Position numbers and translations under genes: made by a program
Assembly: GCA_964404765.1 (NCBI GenBank)
Contig: CAYOLL010000011.1
Coordinates: forward strand, 773 to 64,772
From: an uncultured Gemmatimonadota bacterium
Lineage (GTDB): Bacteria; 4572-55
Direction of reading: 5' to 3'
Length of the DNA: 64,000 nucleotides
In this document: piece by piece, positions 18,598 to 27,640 of the stretch
How the letters are laid out: the number at the start of each line of letters is the position of its first letter
Position numbering within the stretch: the first letter of the stretch is position 1
Notes under the pieces: generated by a model
The model's database searches: none
The model's input: only the letters and a program-made list of their open reading frames with translations
Told to the model about the DNA's origin: nothing

Positions 18598-21213
18598 ATG
18601 AGACCCGCGCCGCGTTTGCGCCCCAACATCTATGACGAACTCAAGATTCACCTGCAAATCGCGCAGGTGGGCAGCTTTATCGTCGGGCTGTTCGCGGACA
18701 AGCTTGTCCCGGATGTGCTGATCGAGCGGCTCAAGCACGACCTGCCCGATCAGTTTCAGTTCACCATCCGCATTGACCCGCAAAAAGTGCATTTCCCGAC
18801 CTTTTTTAACATGAATTGGGAGCCTTTCGGCGTCAACAGCAACATCTTTCACATTATCGGCATTACCGAGTTGGCCGACGAGTGGGTCGAAAGCCTGTTC
18901 CAATATTTGCAATACGGCCGCGATCAGTTCAAGGCCCAGCCGTACGCCCTGGTCTTTTGGCTGGATGAGGCGCTGGAAAAAGAGCTGTTTTACAAAGCGC
19001 CTGACTTTCACCATTGGGTGACCGGCTCGTATGACTTTACCGATCTGGAGGCCGATGACGACGATCTGGCCGAGGCCAAAGCCGAAAATGCCGTGCCGAC
19101 GGACAAAATGGCCGCCTATCTGGACAAAACCGTCTGGCAGTTTGACCATTGGAGCGAGATCGAAAGCCGCGATTTCCTGCTGGAAGTGATGGGTCGGGTG
19201 GACTTGCGCCAATCGTATGTGCCGTCCAGCTACACCGACGAGACCGGGCGCAAGCAGCCGTTGAGCGAGTTGCTGGCCGATTTTTTGGATGACGAACAGC
19301 GCCATTTTCTGGCCTTGCTGGCCGATTTTGGCATGGGCAAATCGTCCTTTTCGCTATGCTATTTTGTGGAATTGGCCCGCAAATTTCTGGCCAAACAGAC
19401 TGATCGCATTCCCGTCTTTGTCACGCTCAAGGATTACCAGGGCGAGTTGGATTTGGAGCGCCTGATCCGGCGCGAGTTCTACGACCGTTATGGCATTGAA
19501 TTGTCCTTTTCCGTCTTTACTGAACTGGCTCTGCAAGGCCGCTTCGTCATCTTTGTTGACGGCTTTGATGAAATGACGGCCACCGCCGGTAACGCCGCGG
19601 CCATCCATAACCTGAACCAACTGACCCGCCTGACTTTTGAAAACATTCTCTTTTTAACCGAAAAAGTGGGCGCGCCGCGCCGGCCCAACAAAGTCGTGCT
19701 GACTTCGCGCACCCACTACTTTCTGACCGAGACGCAGGCGGACAAACTGCTGCGAATCAGCAAAACCCGGCTCTATCGGCTCTACGCTTATAAGGAAGAA
19801 CTGCCGCTGCCCAGCGTCCGGCTGAACGAATTTGACGAAAGCGACGTGCGCGCCTTTATCGCCCAAAAGTTTCCCCAAGCCGACGACCGCGCCTTTTTGG
19901 AAAAGACCATTGCCCAAACCTACAATTTGCAGGATTTGACGAAGCGACCGCTACTGTTGAAGATGATTAGTGAAAGCCTACCGACCCTGCAAACCAAACG
20001 TCAGATCAACGCCGCCGATCTCTACAAAGTTTACACCGACTTATGGATTGAGCAGGAAGACGCCAAATCCGTGTTGACCCCGGCCGGCAAACGCCAATTG
20101 ATGTGGAACATGGCCTGCCACATATTTGAGAAGGGTGGCGACTTTTCGCTGCACTATACCAAACTGATCGAGTCGCTCTCTGAAGGCGAGAAATTTTCCC
20201 CCTTAAAAGAGCCTGCCCTGAGCTTGTCGAAGGGGGAGGGTGTTCCGGCAATTTTTAAAGGCGAGTGGACGGAAGAAAAACTGCTCTACGACCTGACCAC
20301 CTGCTCCTTCCTGAACCGCGACGCTGCCGGCAACTTTAAATTCATGCACAAATCTTTTATGGAGTTTTTTATCGCCGAGAAGCTGGCCCGCGTCATTGAT
20401 CAATTGGACAAATCGCCTTTTTTCAAAAGCCCGGAAGTCCGCTTTTTTATTGACGGTCTAACCCGAAATGACATTTCCTTACGAAATGTCATTTCTAACG
20501 GCATGGAGGAGCGCGACGGGCGCTTTTTTAATCCTATCGCCGAGATTGAAATGGTTTACATCCCGCCAGGCCCATTTATTTATGGCGAAGGGGAAGAGCA
20601 GAAGACCGTGAATATCCAGCGCGGTTATTTTATCGGCAAATATCCGGTGACCAACGCCGATTTTAAGCGCTTTATGGACACGGGCGGTTATGCGCAGCAA
20701 GCGTTTTGGTCGACCGACGGTTGGCAGCGCAAAAGCGCAGACAAATGGTCCGAACCGCGCTATTGGCGCGATGAAAAATGGAAACAAGCCGATTGCCCGG
20801 CCGTGGGCGTGTCCTGGTATGAAGCCGAAGCTTATGCCAACTGGTGTGGCAGTCAATTACCAACCGAAGCGATGTGGGAAAAAGCAGCCCGCGGCAGCGA
20901 TGGCCGTAGATATCCGTGGGGCAACGAGGGACCGACCGATATGCATAGCAATTTTAGCAGCAAAGTTGGCCGAACCACGCCGGTCGACCGCTATCCAAGC
21001 GGTCAAAGTCCTTACGGTGTGTGGGATTTGAGCGGCAATGTGTGGGAATGGAATGCGGATTTATACAGTGTAAAAAATACACTTACGGCTCGCGTGTTGC
21101 GGGGCGGCTCGTGGGGCGGTGGCGGACTCAACTGCCGTTCGGCCTATCGCCTCAGGGACAACCCCGCCGATCGTGTCTACGACGGGGGTTTTCGCGTCGC
21201 CCGGGGATTTTAG
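18598..21213 (+). CDS. NACHT-family STAND NTPase fused to a C-terminal FGE-sulfatase (formylglycine-generating enzyme-like) domain; N-terminal ~230 aa of unknown function
   Basis: Walker A LADFGMGKSSF; Walker B FVIFVDGFDEM. The C-terminal 350 aa (VYIPPGPFIYGEGEE...YPVTNADFKRFM...WYEAEAYANWCG...LRGGSWGGGG...GFRVARGF) matches the FGE-sulfatase/SUMF1 fold. A NACHT-FGS architecture is known in STAND classifications. Confidence 0.85.
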   Translation: MRPAPRLRPNIYDELKIHLQIAQVGSFIVGLFADKLVPDVLIERLKHDLPDQFQFTIRIDPQKVHFPTFFNMNWEPFGVNSNIFHIIGITELADEWVESLFQYLQYGRDQFKAQPYALVFWLDEALEKELFYKAPDFHHWVTGSYDFTDLEADDDDLAEAKAENAVPTDKMAAYLDKTVWQFDHWSEIESRDFLLEVMGRVDLRQSYVPSSYTDETGRKQPLSELLADFLDDEQRHFLALLADFGMGKSSFSLCYFVELARKFLAKQTDRIPVFVTLKDYQGELDLERLIRREFYDRYGIELSFSVFTELALQGRFVIFVDGFDEMTATAGNAAAIHNLNQLTRLTFENILFLTEKVGAPRRPNKVVLTSRTHYFLTETQADKLLRISKTRLYRLYAYKEELPLPSVRLNEFDESDVRAFIAQKFPQADDRAFLEKTIAQTYNLQDLTKRPLLLKMISESLPTLQTKRQINAADLYKVYTDLWIEQEDAKSVLTPAGKRQLMWNMACHIFEKGGDFSLHYTKLIESLSEGEKFSPLKEPALSLSKGEGVPAIFKGEWTEEKLLYDLTTCSFLNRDAAGNFKFMHKSFMEFFIAEKLARVIDQLDKSPFFKSPEVRFFIDGLTRNDISLRNVISNGMEERDGRFFNPIAEIEMVYIPPGPFIYGEGEEQKTVNIQRGYFIGKYPVTNADFKRFMDTGGYAQQAFWSTDGWQRKSADKWSEPRYWRDEKWKQADCPAVGVSWYEAEAYANWCGSQLPTEAMWEKAARGSDGRRYPWGNEGPTDMHSNFSSKVGRTTPVDRYPSGQSPYGVWDLSGNVWEWNADLYSVKNTLTARVLRGGSWGGGGLNCRSAYRLRDNPADRVYDGGFRVARGF
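20203..20240. repeat. In-frame copy of the short repeat CCTGAGC(C/T)TGTCGAAGG inside the NACHT-FGE gene (encodes PALSLSKGEGV)
   Basis: The same 17-nt core also occurs at 13966-13990 (inside smc, opposite orientation, encoding STGSGRG) and 28646-28670 (inside the 880-aa gene, encoding STGSGHG). Confidence 0.6.
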
Positions 21214-21302
21214 ACTGTTTATTTTTTACACTTTTACGCTTTTTAATCTTCTTCCCCCTTTTCCCGCCATCAGGCGGGCGCAAAAATTTTGGGACAAATG
21301 GA

Positions 21303-21362
21303 GTAGCAAACTTCAGTTTGCAAGCCATGGCGCAATCTCGCTGCTTGCAAACTGAAGTTTGC
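21303..21362. repeat. Two inverted copies of palindromic repeat GCAAACT(T/G)(C/A)AGTTTGC (REP-like)
   Basis: gagtagcaaacttcagtttgcaagcc ... cttgcaaactgaagtttgcgattcc. Further copies at 13727-13749 (in frame inside smc) and 58391-58510 (3 copies). Confidence 0.8.
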
Positions 21363-21380
21363 GATTCCAAAATATTAAGC

Positions 21381-21418
21381 AAGATACCCACTTCCTTCAA
21401 GAAAGTGGGTATCTTTCG
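21381..21418. terminator. Bidirectional rho-independent-like terminator (12-bp stem GATACCCACTTT / AAAGTGGGTATC)
   Basis: Hairpin followed by a T-rich run, immediately 3' of the E2 gene and downstream of the NACHT gene. Confidence 0.6.
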
Positions 21419-21430
21419 TTTAGCGTATTC

Positions 21431-22669
21431 TTAAACCTGCAGCAGCAGCCGGGCCGGGTCTTCCATCAGTTCCTTGATCCGGATCAGGAAGGTCACCGAC
21501 TCGCGGCCGTCAATCAGCCGGTGGTCGTACGACAGCGCCACATACATCATCGGGCGGATCACCACCTGCCCGTCTAAGGCCACCGGCCGATCCTGTATCT
21601 TGTGCAAGCCCAAAATCGCCGTCTGCGGGATGTTGATAATCGGCGTAGACATCAGCGAGCCAAAAACGCCGCCGTTGGTGATCGTAAACGTGCCGCCGGT
21701 CATCTCATCCATCGTCAGTTGGCCGTCGCGGGCTTTTTTGGCCAGTCGGCCGATTTCGCCTTCAATTTGATGCAGGCCCATCTTCTCGGCCTGCCGCACA
21801 ATCGGCGTGACCAGACCGCGCGGCGTGGAAACAGCCACAGAAATATCGCAGTAGTCATGGTAGACAATTTCCGTCTCATCAATCGTGGCGTTGACAATCG
21901 GCTTTTCCAGCAGGGCCACGCAGGCCGCCCGCGTAAAAAACGACATAAAGCCCAGCTTGATGCCGTGCTTTTCCTCAAAAATATCCTTGTATTTCTTGCG
22001 CAAATCCATCACCGTGGTCATGTCGATCTCGTTAAAAGTCGTCAACATGGCCGTTTCGTTTTTGGCCTGCACCAATCGGCGGGCAATCGTCTTGCGCAGC
22101 GTAGACATCTTCTCGCGCCGTTCGCCACGCGGCACGGTTGGAGCCGGGGCTGCCTCGGCTTTTGGCGGCGCAGCCGGGGTCGGCGCAACAGGCAGCGCGC
22201 CCTTCTGACTCAGGGCCTGCAGGGCGTCCTCTTTTGTGATTCGCCCGTCCGCGCCGGTGCCTTTCACCTTTTCTAAAGCGATGCCGGCGCCATCCAGAAT
22301 GCCGGCGGCCAGCGGCGAAACCCGCACTTTGCGCTCCGTGACCAGCAGACCTTCGCTGCTGCTTTCGGGCTCGGCCGTTTTCGGCGCGGTCACATCTTTT
22401 AACGACGGTTTCGCCGGCGCGCTCACGGCTTTGGCATCGGTGTCCAAAAAGCCGACGGTGGCGCCTACGGCAATCGTCTCGCCGCTCTGCGTTTTAATCT
22501 CCAGTTGCCCGGCGGCTGTGGCCGGCACGGGCATGGAGGCCTTGTCCGATTCGATCTCCAAAACCGGCTCGTCCATTTTGACAAAGTCGCCATTGTTCTT
22601 GAGCCAACGGGCCAGCACGACTTCGCTGACCGATTCGCCAACCGATGGAATTTTGATTTCAACTTTCAT
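21431..22669 (-). CDS. 2-oxo-acid dehydrogenase E2 component (dihydrolipoyllysine-residue acyltransferase), single lipoyl domain, likely SucB-type
   Basis: Start taken at [16 protein letters not shown] (ATG 22669); the longer ORF-track start is unlikely. Lipoyl-lysine motif [12 protein letters not shown]; Ala/Pro-rich linker; catalytic DHRLIDG motif. Confidence 0.85.
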   Translation of the reverse strand: MKVEIKIPSVGESVSEVVLARWLKNNGDFVKMDEPVLEIESDKASMPVPATAAGQLEIKTQSGETIAVGATVGFLDTDAKAVSAPAKPSLKDVTAPKTAEPESSSEGLLVTERKVRVSPLAAGILDGAGIALEKVKGTGADGRITKEDALQALSQKGALPVAPTPAAPPKAEAAPAPTVPRGERREKMSTLRKTIARRLVQAKNETAMLTTFNEIDMTTVMDLRKKYKDIFEEKHGIKLGFMSFFTRAACVALLEKPIVNATIDETEIVYHDYCDISVAVSTPRGLVTPIVRQAEKMGLHQIEGEIGRLAKKARDGQLTMDEMTGGTFTITNGGVFGSLMSTPIINIPQTAILGLHKIQDRPVALDGQVVIRPMMYVALSYDHRLIDGRESVTFLIRIKELMEDPARLLLQV

Positions 22670-22694
22670 AATTTGCCCTCGTTGTAAGGATGCA

Positions 22695-22785
22695 GGTAAC
22701 CTTGCGAAGGTTAAATTTGTTGCGGAGTCAGGATTTTCAAGATTTGCCGAACTCCCAAGCGTAAACCTTCGCAAGGTTATTTTAA
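22695..22785. repeat. REP/MITE-like element: inverted copies of AACCTTGCGAAGGTTA / AACCTTCGCAAGGTTA flanking ~45 bp
   Basis: Related copies at 35178-35200 and 41397-41463, all intergenic. Confidence 0.7.
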
Positions 22786-22822
22786 AAACGGATGCGCTTT
22801 TTATGTTTGCGGCAGATCAAAT

Positions 22823-23032
22823 TTAACTTTTGACCGGCAGGACGTGAATTGCTTTGATCACCAATTCCACTTCATCGCCGATTTGCAGATTGAGGTCTTC
22901 TAACGATTCCGTGGTTAAAACGGATGCCATCTGCGCCGGCAGCGTGACCTCAAATTTTACCAGAGACATAATATCACCCTTTTTGACCGAGGTGACTTTG
23001 CCCGTTATCTTGTTTCGTGCGCCGTATTTCAT
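22823..23032 (-). CDS. mop: Molybdopterin-binding Mop / TOBE-domain protein
   Basis: 69 aa; MKYGARNKITGKVTSVKKG...GDEVELVIKAIHV matches Mop/TOBE single-domain proteins. Confidence 0.8.
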   Translation of the reverse strand: MKYGARNKITGKVTSVKKGDIMSLVKFEVTLPAQMASVLTTESLEDLNLQIGDEVELVIKAIHVLPVKS

Positions 23033-23084
23033 GATTCCTCCATAAAAACGAAAGTGGTTTTTCCGAAATAACAGAATGCAATTT

Positions 23085-23250
23085 TATCATCTATTCTCGT
23101 TAAGGGTTAGAAGTTGCAATTGTACAAAGTGTCATTCCGGCACGTTTTTAGCCGGAATCTTCTTACAGGTAAGCAAGATGCCGGATAGAAGCACTCCGGC
23201 ATGACATCGAATTGAAATGCAATTTCTAACCCTTAATCAGTATATATATG
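23085..23250. mobile_element. MITE-like element with ~25-bp terminal inverted repeats (CTATTCTCGTTAAGGGTTAGAAGTTGCAATT ... AATTTCTAACCCTTAATCAGTATATAT)
   Basis: Terminal inverted repeats read directly; no coding capacity. Confidence 0.6.
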
Positions 23251-23427
23251 AGTTCAGTCTAATAACCATGAAATACTCGAAACACACGAAAATAACGGAT
23301 TGCAGAGCGCTACGCCAGAATTTTGAGTTCTGCTTGTCCGAGCTACGCAAGGCTTTAATTCATAAACCTTTCGTGTATTATTTGTCTTTCGTGGTGAATA
23401 ATTCAGTGACTCGTATATGTTCAAATT

Positions 23428-24060
23428 TCAAAATCGGAGCTCGTGTACGTCCGGGTCGGCCAACAGTTTGGCGGTCAGGCGCTCGTGCGCTTTGGGTCGG
23501 CCACTGGCCAGCCAGCGACAGGTCATTTGATTGCCGGACTTTACCTGATGCCGTTCTTTAAGCAGTAGACCGTTGGCACGAAAAGTGCCTTCTAACTCCG
23601 CAATTTTGGGAATATTTAATGAACAAACCAGTTCGTAAGCCCGCACTTCCCAGATATTGTCAATCAAATGCTCGATCCACGGAAACAACCACAGTACAAT
23701 CAATGCCATCGCCAAACCAGCGCCGGCCAAAGCGTACTGCCCGCCGCCAATGGCCATGCCCAGCGCCGCCGTCAGCCAGATCGTGGCAGCGGTGGTCAAA
23801 CCGATCACCCGGCCGCCTTCGCGCAAAATCACGCCCGCGCCCAAAAAGCCGACCCCACTGACAATTTGGGCGGCAATGCGCGTCGGGTCCCGATCCTGCG
23901 CCAAATGACCGGACAGCATCGTAAACAGGGTGGCGCCGGTGCAGATAAAAATCAACGTGCGAAACCCGGCGGCTTTGTCACGAAACTCCCGCTCCAGGCC
24001 AATCATGCCGCCGGCTATTACCGCCAATATAATTCGGATAAAATCTTCATTGCTTAGCAT
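23428..24060 (-). CDS. MgtC/SapB family membrane protein
   Basis: MLSNEDFIRIILAVIAGGMIGLEREFRDKAAGFRTLIFICTGA is an MgtC-family N-terminus. ATG 24060 preferred over the upstream TTG. Confidence 0.85.
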   Translation of the reverse strand: MLSNEDFIRIILAVIAGGMIGLEREFRDKAAGFRTLIFICTGATLFTMLSGHLAQDRDPTRIAAQIVSGVGFLGAGVILREGGRVIGLTTAATIWLTAALGMAIGGGQYALAGAGLAMALIVLWLFPWIEHLIDNIWEVRAYELVCSLNIPKIAELEGTFRANGLLLKERHQVKSGNQMTCRWLASGRPKAHERLTAKLLADPDVHELRF

Positions 24061-24089
24061 AAAAACGACCAAATTGAAGGCTTGTGCTG

Positions 24090-24250
24090 ATTATATACTG
24101 ATTAAGGGTTAGAAGTTACATTTTAAACCCTTAGGGTTTCCGTTGCCGAAAGTGTAAAAATCGGCAAGGCTTAACCATCTCCGTAAAGAAAACCCTAAGG
24201 GTTTGTTCTGCCAAAAATAACCCTTAACGAGAATAGTGGATAGAAAATAT
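24090..24250. mobile_element. Second MITE-like element with the same termini as 23085-23250, in inverted orientation; internally contains AACCCTTAGGGTT palindromes
   Basis: TATATACTGATTAAGGGTTAGAAG ... AACCCTTAACGAGAATAGTGG are reverse complements of the termini of the first element. The two copies bracket the MgtC gene. Confidence 0.6.
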
Positions 24251-24423
24251 AAACCAATGGCTTGTCGCATCTAATCAATTTCCCGACGTGGTTTTGCTTT
24301 TTCCGGACATCTCGAATCATCTTGCCGCTGCGATAAACCAGCGTCGCCACGGTGTGTCGCAGGAATTGGCGGGTGCTTTCGGGGGATATGTTCCTTTTCT
24401 GCAACTCTACTTCAGATCGCGCT

Positions 24424-24470
24424 ACGAAAAATTATACCCTTATCTGCGGGTCATGTCAAGGAAATTTACT
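24424..24470 (+). repeat. Direct repeat R1 (AAAAATTATAC-N7-CTGCGGGTCATGTCAAGGAAATT), partner at 27586-27630
   Basis: About 40-nt near-identical direct repeats, 3.16 kb apart, delimiting a mosaic segment. Confidence 0.7.
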
Positions 24471-24588
24471 GCACAAAATGATCGTGACGGTTTGTGGTTA
24501 TTGCAGTTTCTTGACCCGTTGTTGAGTCAAGTCAATCAGGGTTTGGTAGCGGGCAGCGGTTTGGGCCAGTTTGTTGGGTTCGCGGTAG

Positions 24589-25065
<477 letters not shown>

Positions 25066-25346
25066 GCATTTTTCCCTATCTTTTGGCATGGCTTGCAGTT
25101 CCTTGCCCCGTTGTTGGGTTAGCTGAGCCAGAAAATCCCGCTATTGGTCAGCGGCACATTGGATCACAATGAGAGTGAGACGATGGTGGTGGCGGGGGTG
25201 GAGGTGATGCGAAAAACTTGCCAATGATGGTGGCGTGACGATGGATTTTGAAATATTATTAGGTTGAAAACAACCACGAGCTGATTATATTTACCAAAAG
25301 GATTGGGTTGAAGTGTCAACCGTGAACCCAAGAACGGAGGTGCGCT

Positions 25347-26198
25347 ATGCGCTTTCTGGATGTGCGAACCGATTATGCTTTTAAAAAGGTCTTTGGCTCC
25401 GAAGAGTCAAAACCGATTTTGATCAGCTTTTTGAATGGGATAATTGACTTTGTTGATGGCAGCAAAATCACCGACCTGACCATCGTTGACCCGTATCAGA
25501 TTCCGCTGATCAAGGGCATGAAGGATTCTTATGTGGATGTAAAAGCCATCCTGTCATCAGGCGGGCGAGTCATTATCGAGATGCAAGTGCTTAATTTTGA
25601 AGGTCTCGAAAAGCGCATTTTGTATAACGCCGCCAAAGCCTATTCCACCCAGTTAATGAAAGCGGAAGATCATACCCTGGAGCCAATTATTGCCATTACC
25701 ATTACGGACTTTGTCATGTTTTCCGACATTCAGCCGGTGATCACCTATTTCAAGCTGCGCGAGAAAGAAAAGTTGCTGACCTATAGCGACGACATTGAGT
25801 TGATTTTTGCCGAACTGCCGAAATTTACCAAAACCGAAGCCGAATTGCAGACGATCACGGACAAATGGCTTTATTTTGTCAAAAATGCCGGCAGCCTGGA
25901 ATATGTGCCGGCGGCGATGGCTGAGCCGGAACTGCGGCAGGCTTTTGAGATTGCCAATACCGCCGGATTGAGCGAGGCGGAGTTGGGAGAACAATTTAGG
26001 CGGCGCGATTTCATTATGGTGCAAAAGGGCATTGAACGAACCCATCGAAAACAACTGGAAAAGGCGCAGCAGGAGGCACAACAGGCCAGGCAAGAAGCCA
26101 ATAAACTGACGGCGCTGAAGATGAAAGCTAAGGGGTTAGACATGGCTTTGATTGCCGAAGTAACCGGCCTGACCCGCGAAGTGATAGAAACATTATGA
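25347..26198 (+). CDS. Rpn-family PD-(D/E)XK recombination-promoting nuclease / putative transposase (YhgA-like)
   Basis: The hallmark N-terminus MRFLDVRTDYAFKKVFGSEE and overall length fit the TIGR01784 / Rpn family. Confidence 0.8.
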   Translation: MRFLDVRTDYAFKKVFGSEESKPILISFLNGIIDFVDGSKITDLTIVDPYQIPLIKGMKDSYVDVKAILSSGGRVIIEMQVLNFEGLEKRILYNAAKAYSTQLMKAEDHTLEPIIAITITDFVMFSDIQPVITYFKLREKEKLLTYSDDIELIFAELPKFTKTEAELQTITDKWLYFVKNAGSLEYVPAAMAEPELRQAFEIANTAGLSEAELGEQFRRRDFIMVQKGIERTHRKQLEKAQQEAQQARQEANKLTALKMKAKGLDMALIAEVTGLTREVIETL

Positions 26199-26249
26199 TG
26201 ATTACGACGCTTCCAGAACTTGCTGAGCCAGGAGATGCCGCTGTTGGCT

Positions 26250-26462
26250 TCATACGGCAATCAACTCCTCGGCGTAGTCGGCGGCGGCGGCTTGCAACGC
26301 TTCCTGCCGGTTGAAGTCCAGCGCTTCTTGCAAGGTGATCTTCAAAGTCGCCAACAGTTCCTCGCGAGTTGCTTCCTGGCAGTTCACCCCCGGAACTTCT
26401 TCGATCCAGCCGATCCACCAATCACCGCTTTTTTTGACCACAGCCGTGTAAGTATTTTTCAT
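26250..26462 (-). CDS. hicB: HicB-like (UPF0150) antitoxin-type small protein, orphan (no HicA seen)
   Basis: MKNTYTAVVKKSGDWWIGWIEEVPGVNCQEATREELLATLKITLQEAL fits the HicB N-terminal domain. Confidence 0.5.
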   Translation of the reverse strand: MKNTYTAVVKKSGDWWIGWIEEVPGVNCQEATREELLATLKITLQEALDFNRQEALQAAAADYAEELIAV

Positions 26463-26509
26463 GCTAATTTTCCTTCTTAAATTTGGTCATCTTGAATTTT
26501 TCAATAGCA

Positions 26510-27205
26510 TTAGGCTGCAGGTACAGGCGGCACACTCTCCTCGTTGGTCTTGCGGCGGCGGCCCAGGGCTTTGACGCTGCGCAGGGTGCGATAGGCAGCG
26601 GCAAATTCGGGGTGTTTGGGCGCGATGACCTTGACCAATATATCCATTTCCTGACTGAGCAGGCTATCGGTTTGCCTGAACATGTCTTTCAAAGTGCCGC
26701 GGGCGGTAATGCGTTTGGCGACGGCGCTTTCCTTACCGGTTTGGGCGGCCTGATAAGCGTCAATTCGGGTTTTCAGATCGGCAACCTGGGTTTCGTTCAG
26801 GCCATACGCGGCCAAGTCGGTCAAATATTCCAGCGCGGTCTTGTGGCAGTCAGAAGTGATGGTCACTAATTCCGTATCTCGCAGGCGGCGTAAACCGGTT
26901 TTGGATAACTTCATCTGCTCGCGCAAGGCGGCATTCTCTTTGCTCAAGGCATACACGGATAAGGCTGCGGCAATCGGAATAACGCTGTCAATCAACCGGG
27001 TCTTGGCCTGCTCTTTTCCGGCTGTTTTGCCGGCGGCTACTTTACTGCGAGCTGTATCTTTCCGCCGAATCTCCTGAATCTGCTCGCTGAGGCGTTGAAT
27101 CACGGACATAAAGGCCGGCGCTTCGTCCGTAATCGTCTTATATTCATTAAGAAAGGTCAATAACCCTTCATACATGCTGAATTTGTTTTCTTGCATGTTA
27201 TTCAT
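26510..27205 (-). CDS. Hypothetical protein (231 aa)
   Basis: Long ORF on the same strand as hicB; no recognisable motifs. Confidence 0.4.
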   Translation of the reverse strand: MNNMQENKFSMYEGLLTFLNEYKTITDEAPAFMSVIQRLSEQIQEIRRKDTARSKVAAGKTAGKEQAKTRLIDSVIPIAAALSVYALSKENAALREQMKLSKTGLRRLRDTELVTITSDCHKTALEYLTDLAAYGLNETQVADLKTRIDAYQAAQTGKESAVAKRITARGTLKDMFRQTDSLLSQEMDILVKVIAPKHPEFAAAYRTLRSVKALGRRRKTNEESVPPVPAA

Positions 27206-27209
27206 GGCG

Positions 27210-27585
27210 CATCTCCTTATGAAAAAAAATGTTTTGTTGACAGAGAAAATGTTATTGCGTTGTTAGACCATGACAAATTATAATAATTACTACAATTTGT
27301 ATTCAGCAATAAATTTTTATATTTTAATAAAAAATTTATTTCTCGCGATAAATAATACATTTACGCTTAATGCGTTATTTATGCTGAGTATAAAAAATAT
27401 TTTTATTAGCGCATAAATTCTATTTAGCGTAATGTTGCTACCAATGCTTCAGTATACAAATAATTTTGCTTATGAGATAAAATATTTTGCTTTAAATTAA
27501 AATTTAATTGCTTGCGGCGCATAATATCTCGCCTTTTTGCACAAATCTCTATAACACACCGCGTAGACATTAGATAATGCCTACA
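27210..27585. other. AT-rich (~25 % GC) non-coding island with repeated TTAGCG(C/T)A(T)AA-like motifs
   Basis: Composition contrasts sharply with the ~50 % GC surroundings. Lies between the start of the 231-aa gene and repeat R2. Confidence 0.6.
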
Positions 27586-27630
27586 AAAAATTATACGCTC
27601 GCCTGCGGGTCATGTCAAGGAAATTCACTT
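27586..27630 (+). repeat. Direct repeat R2 (partner of R1 at 24424-24470)
   Basis: See R1. Confidence 0.7.
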
Positions 27631-27640
27631 GAGGATGCTC

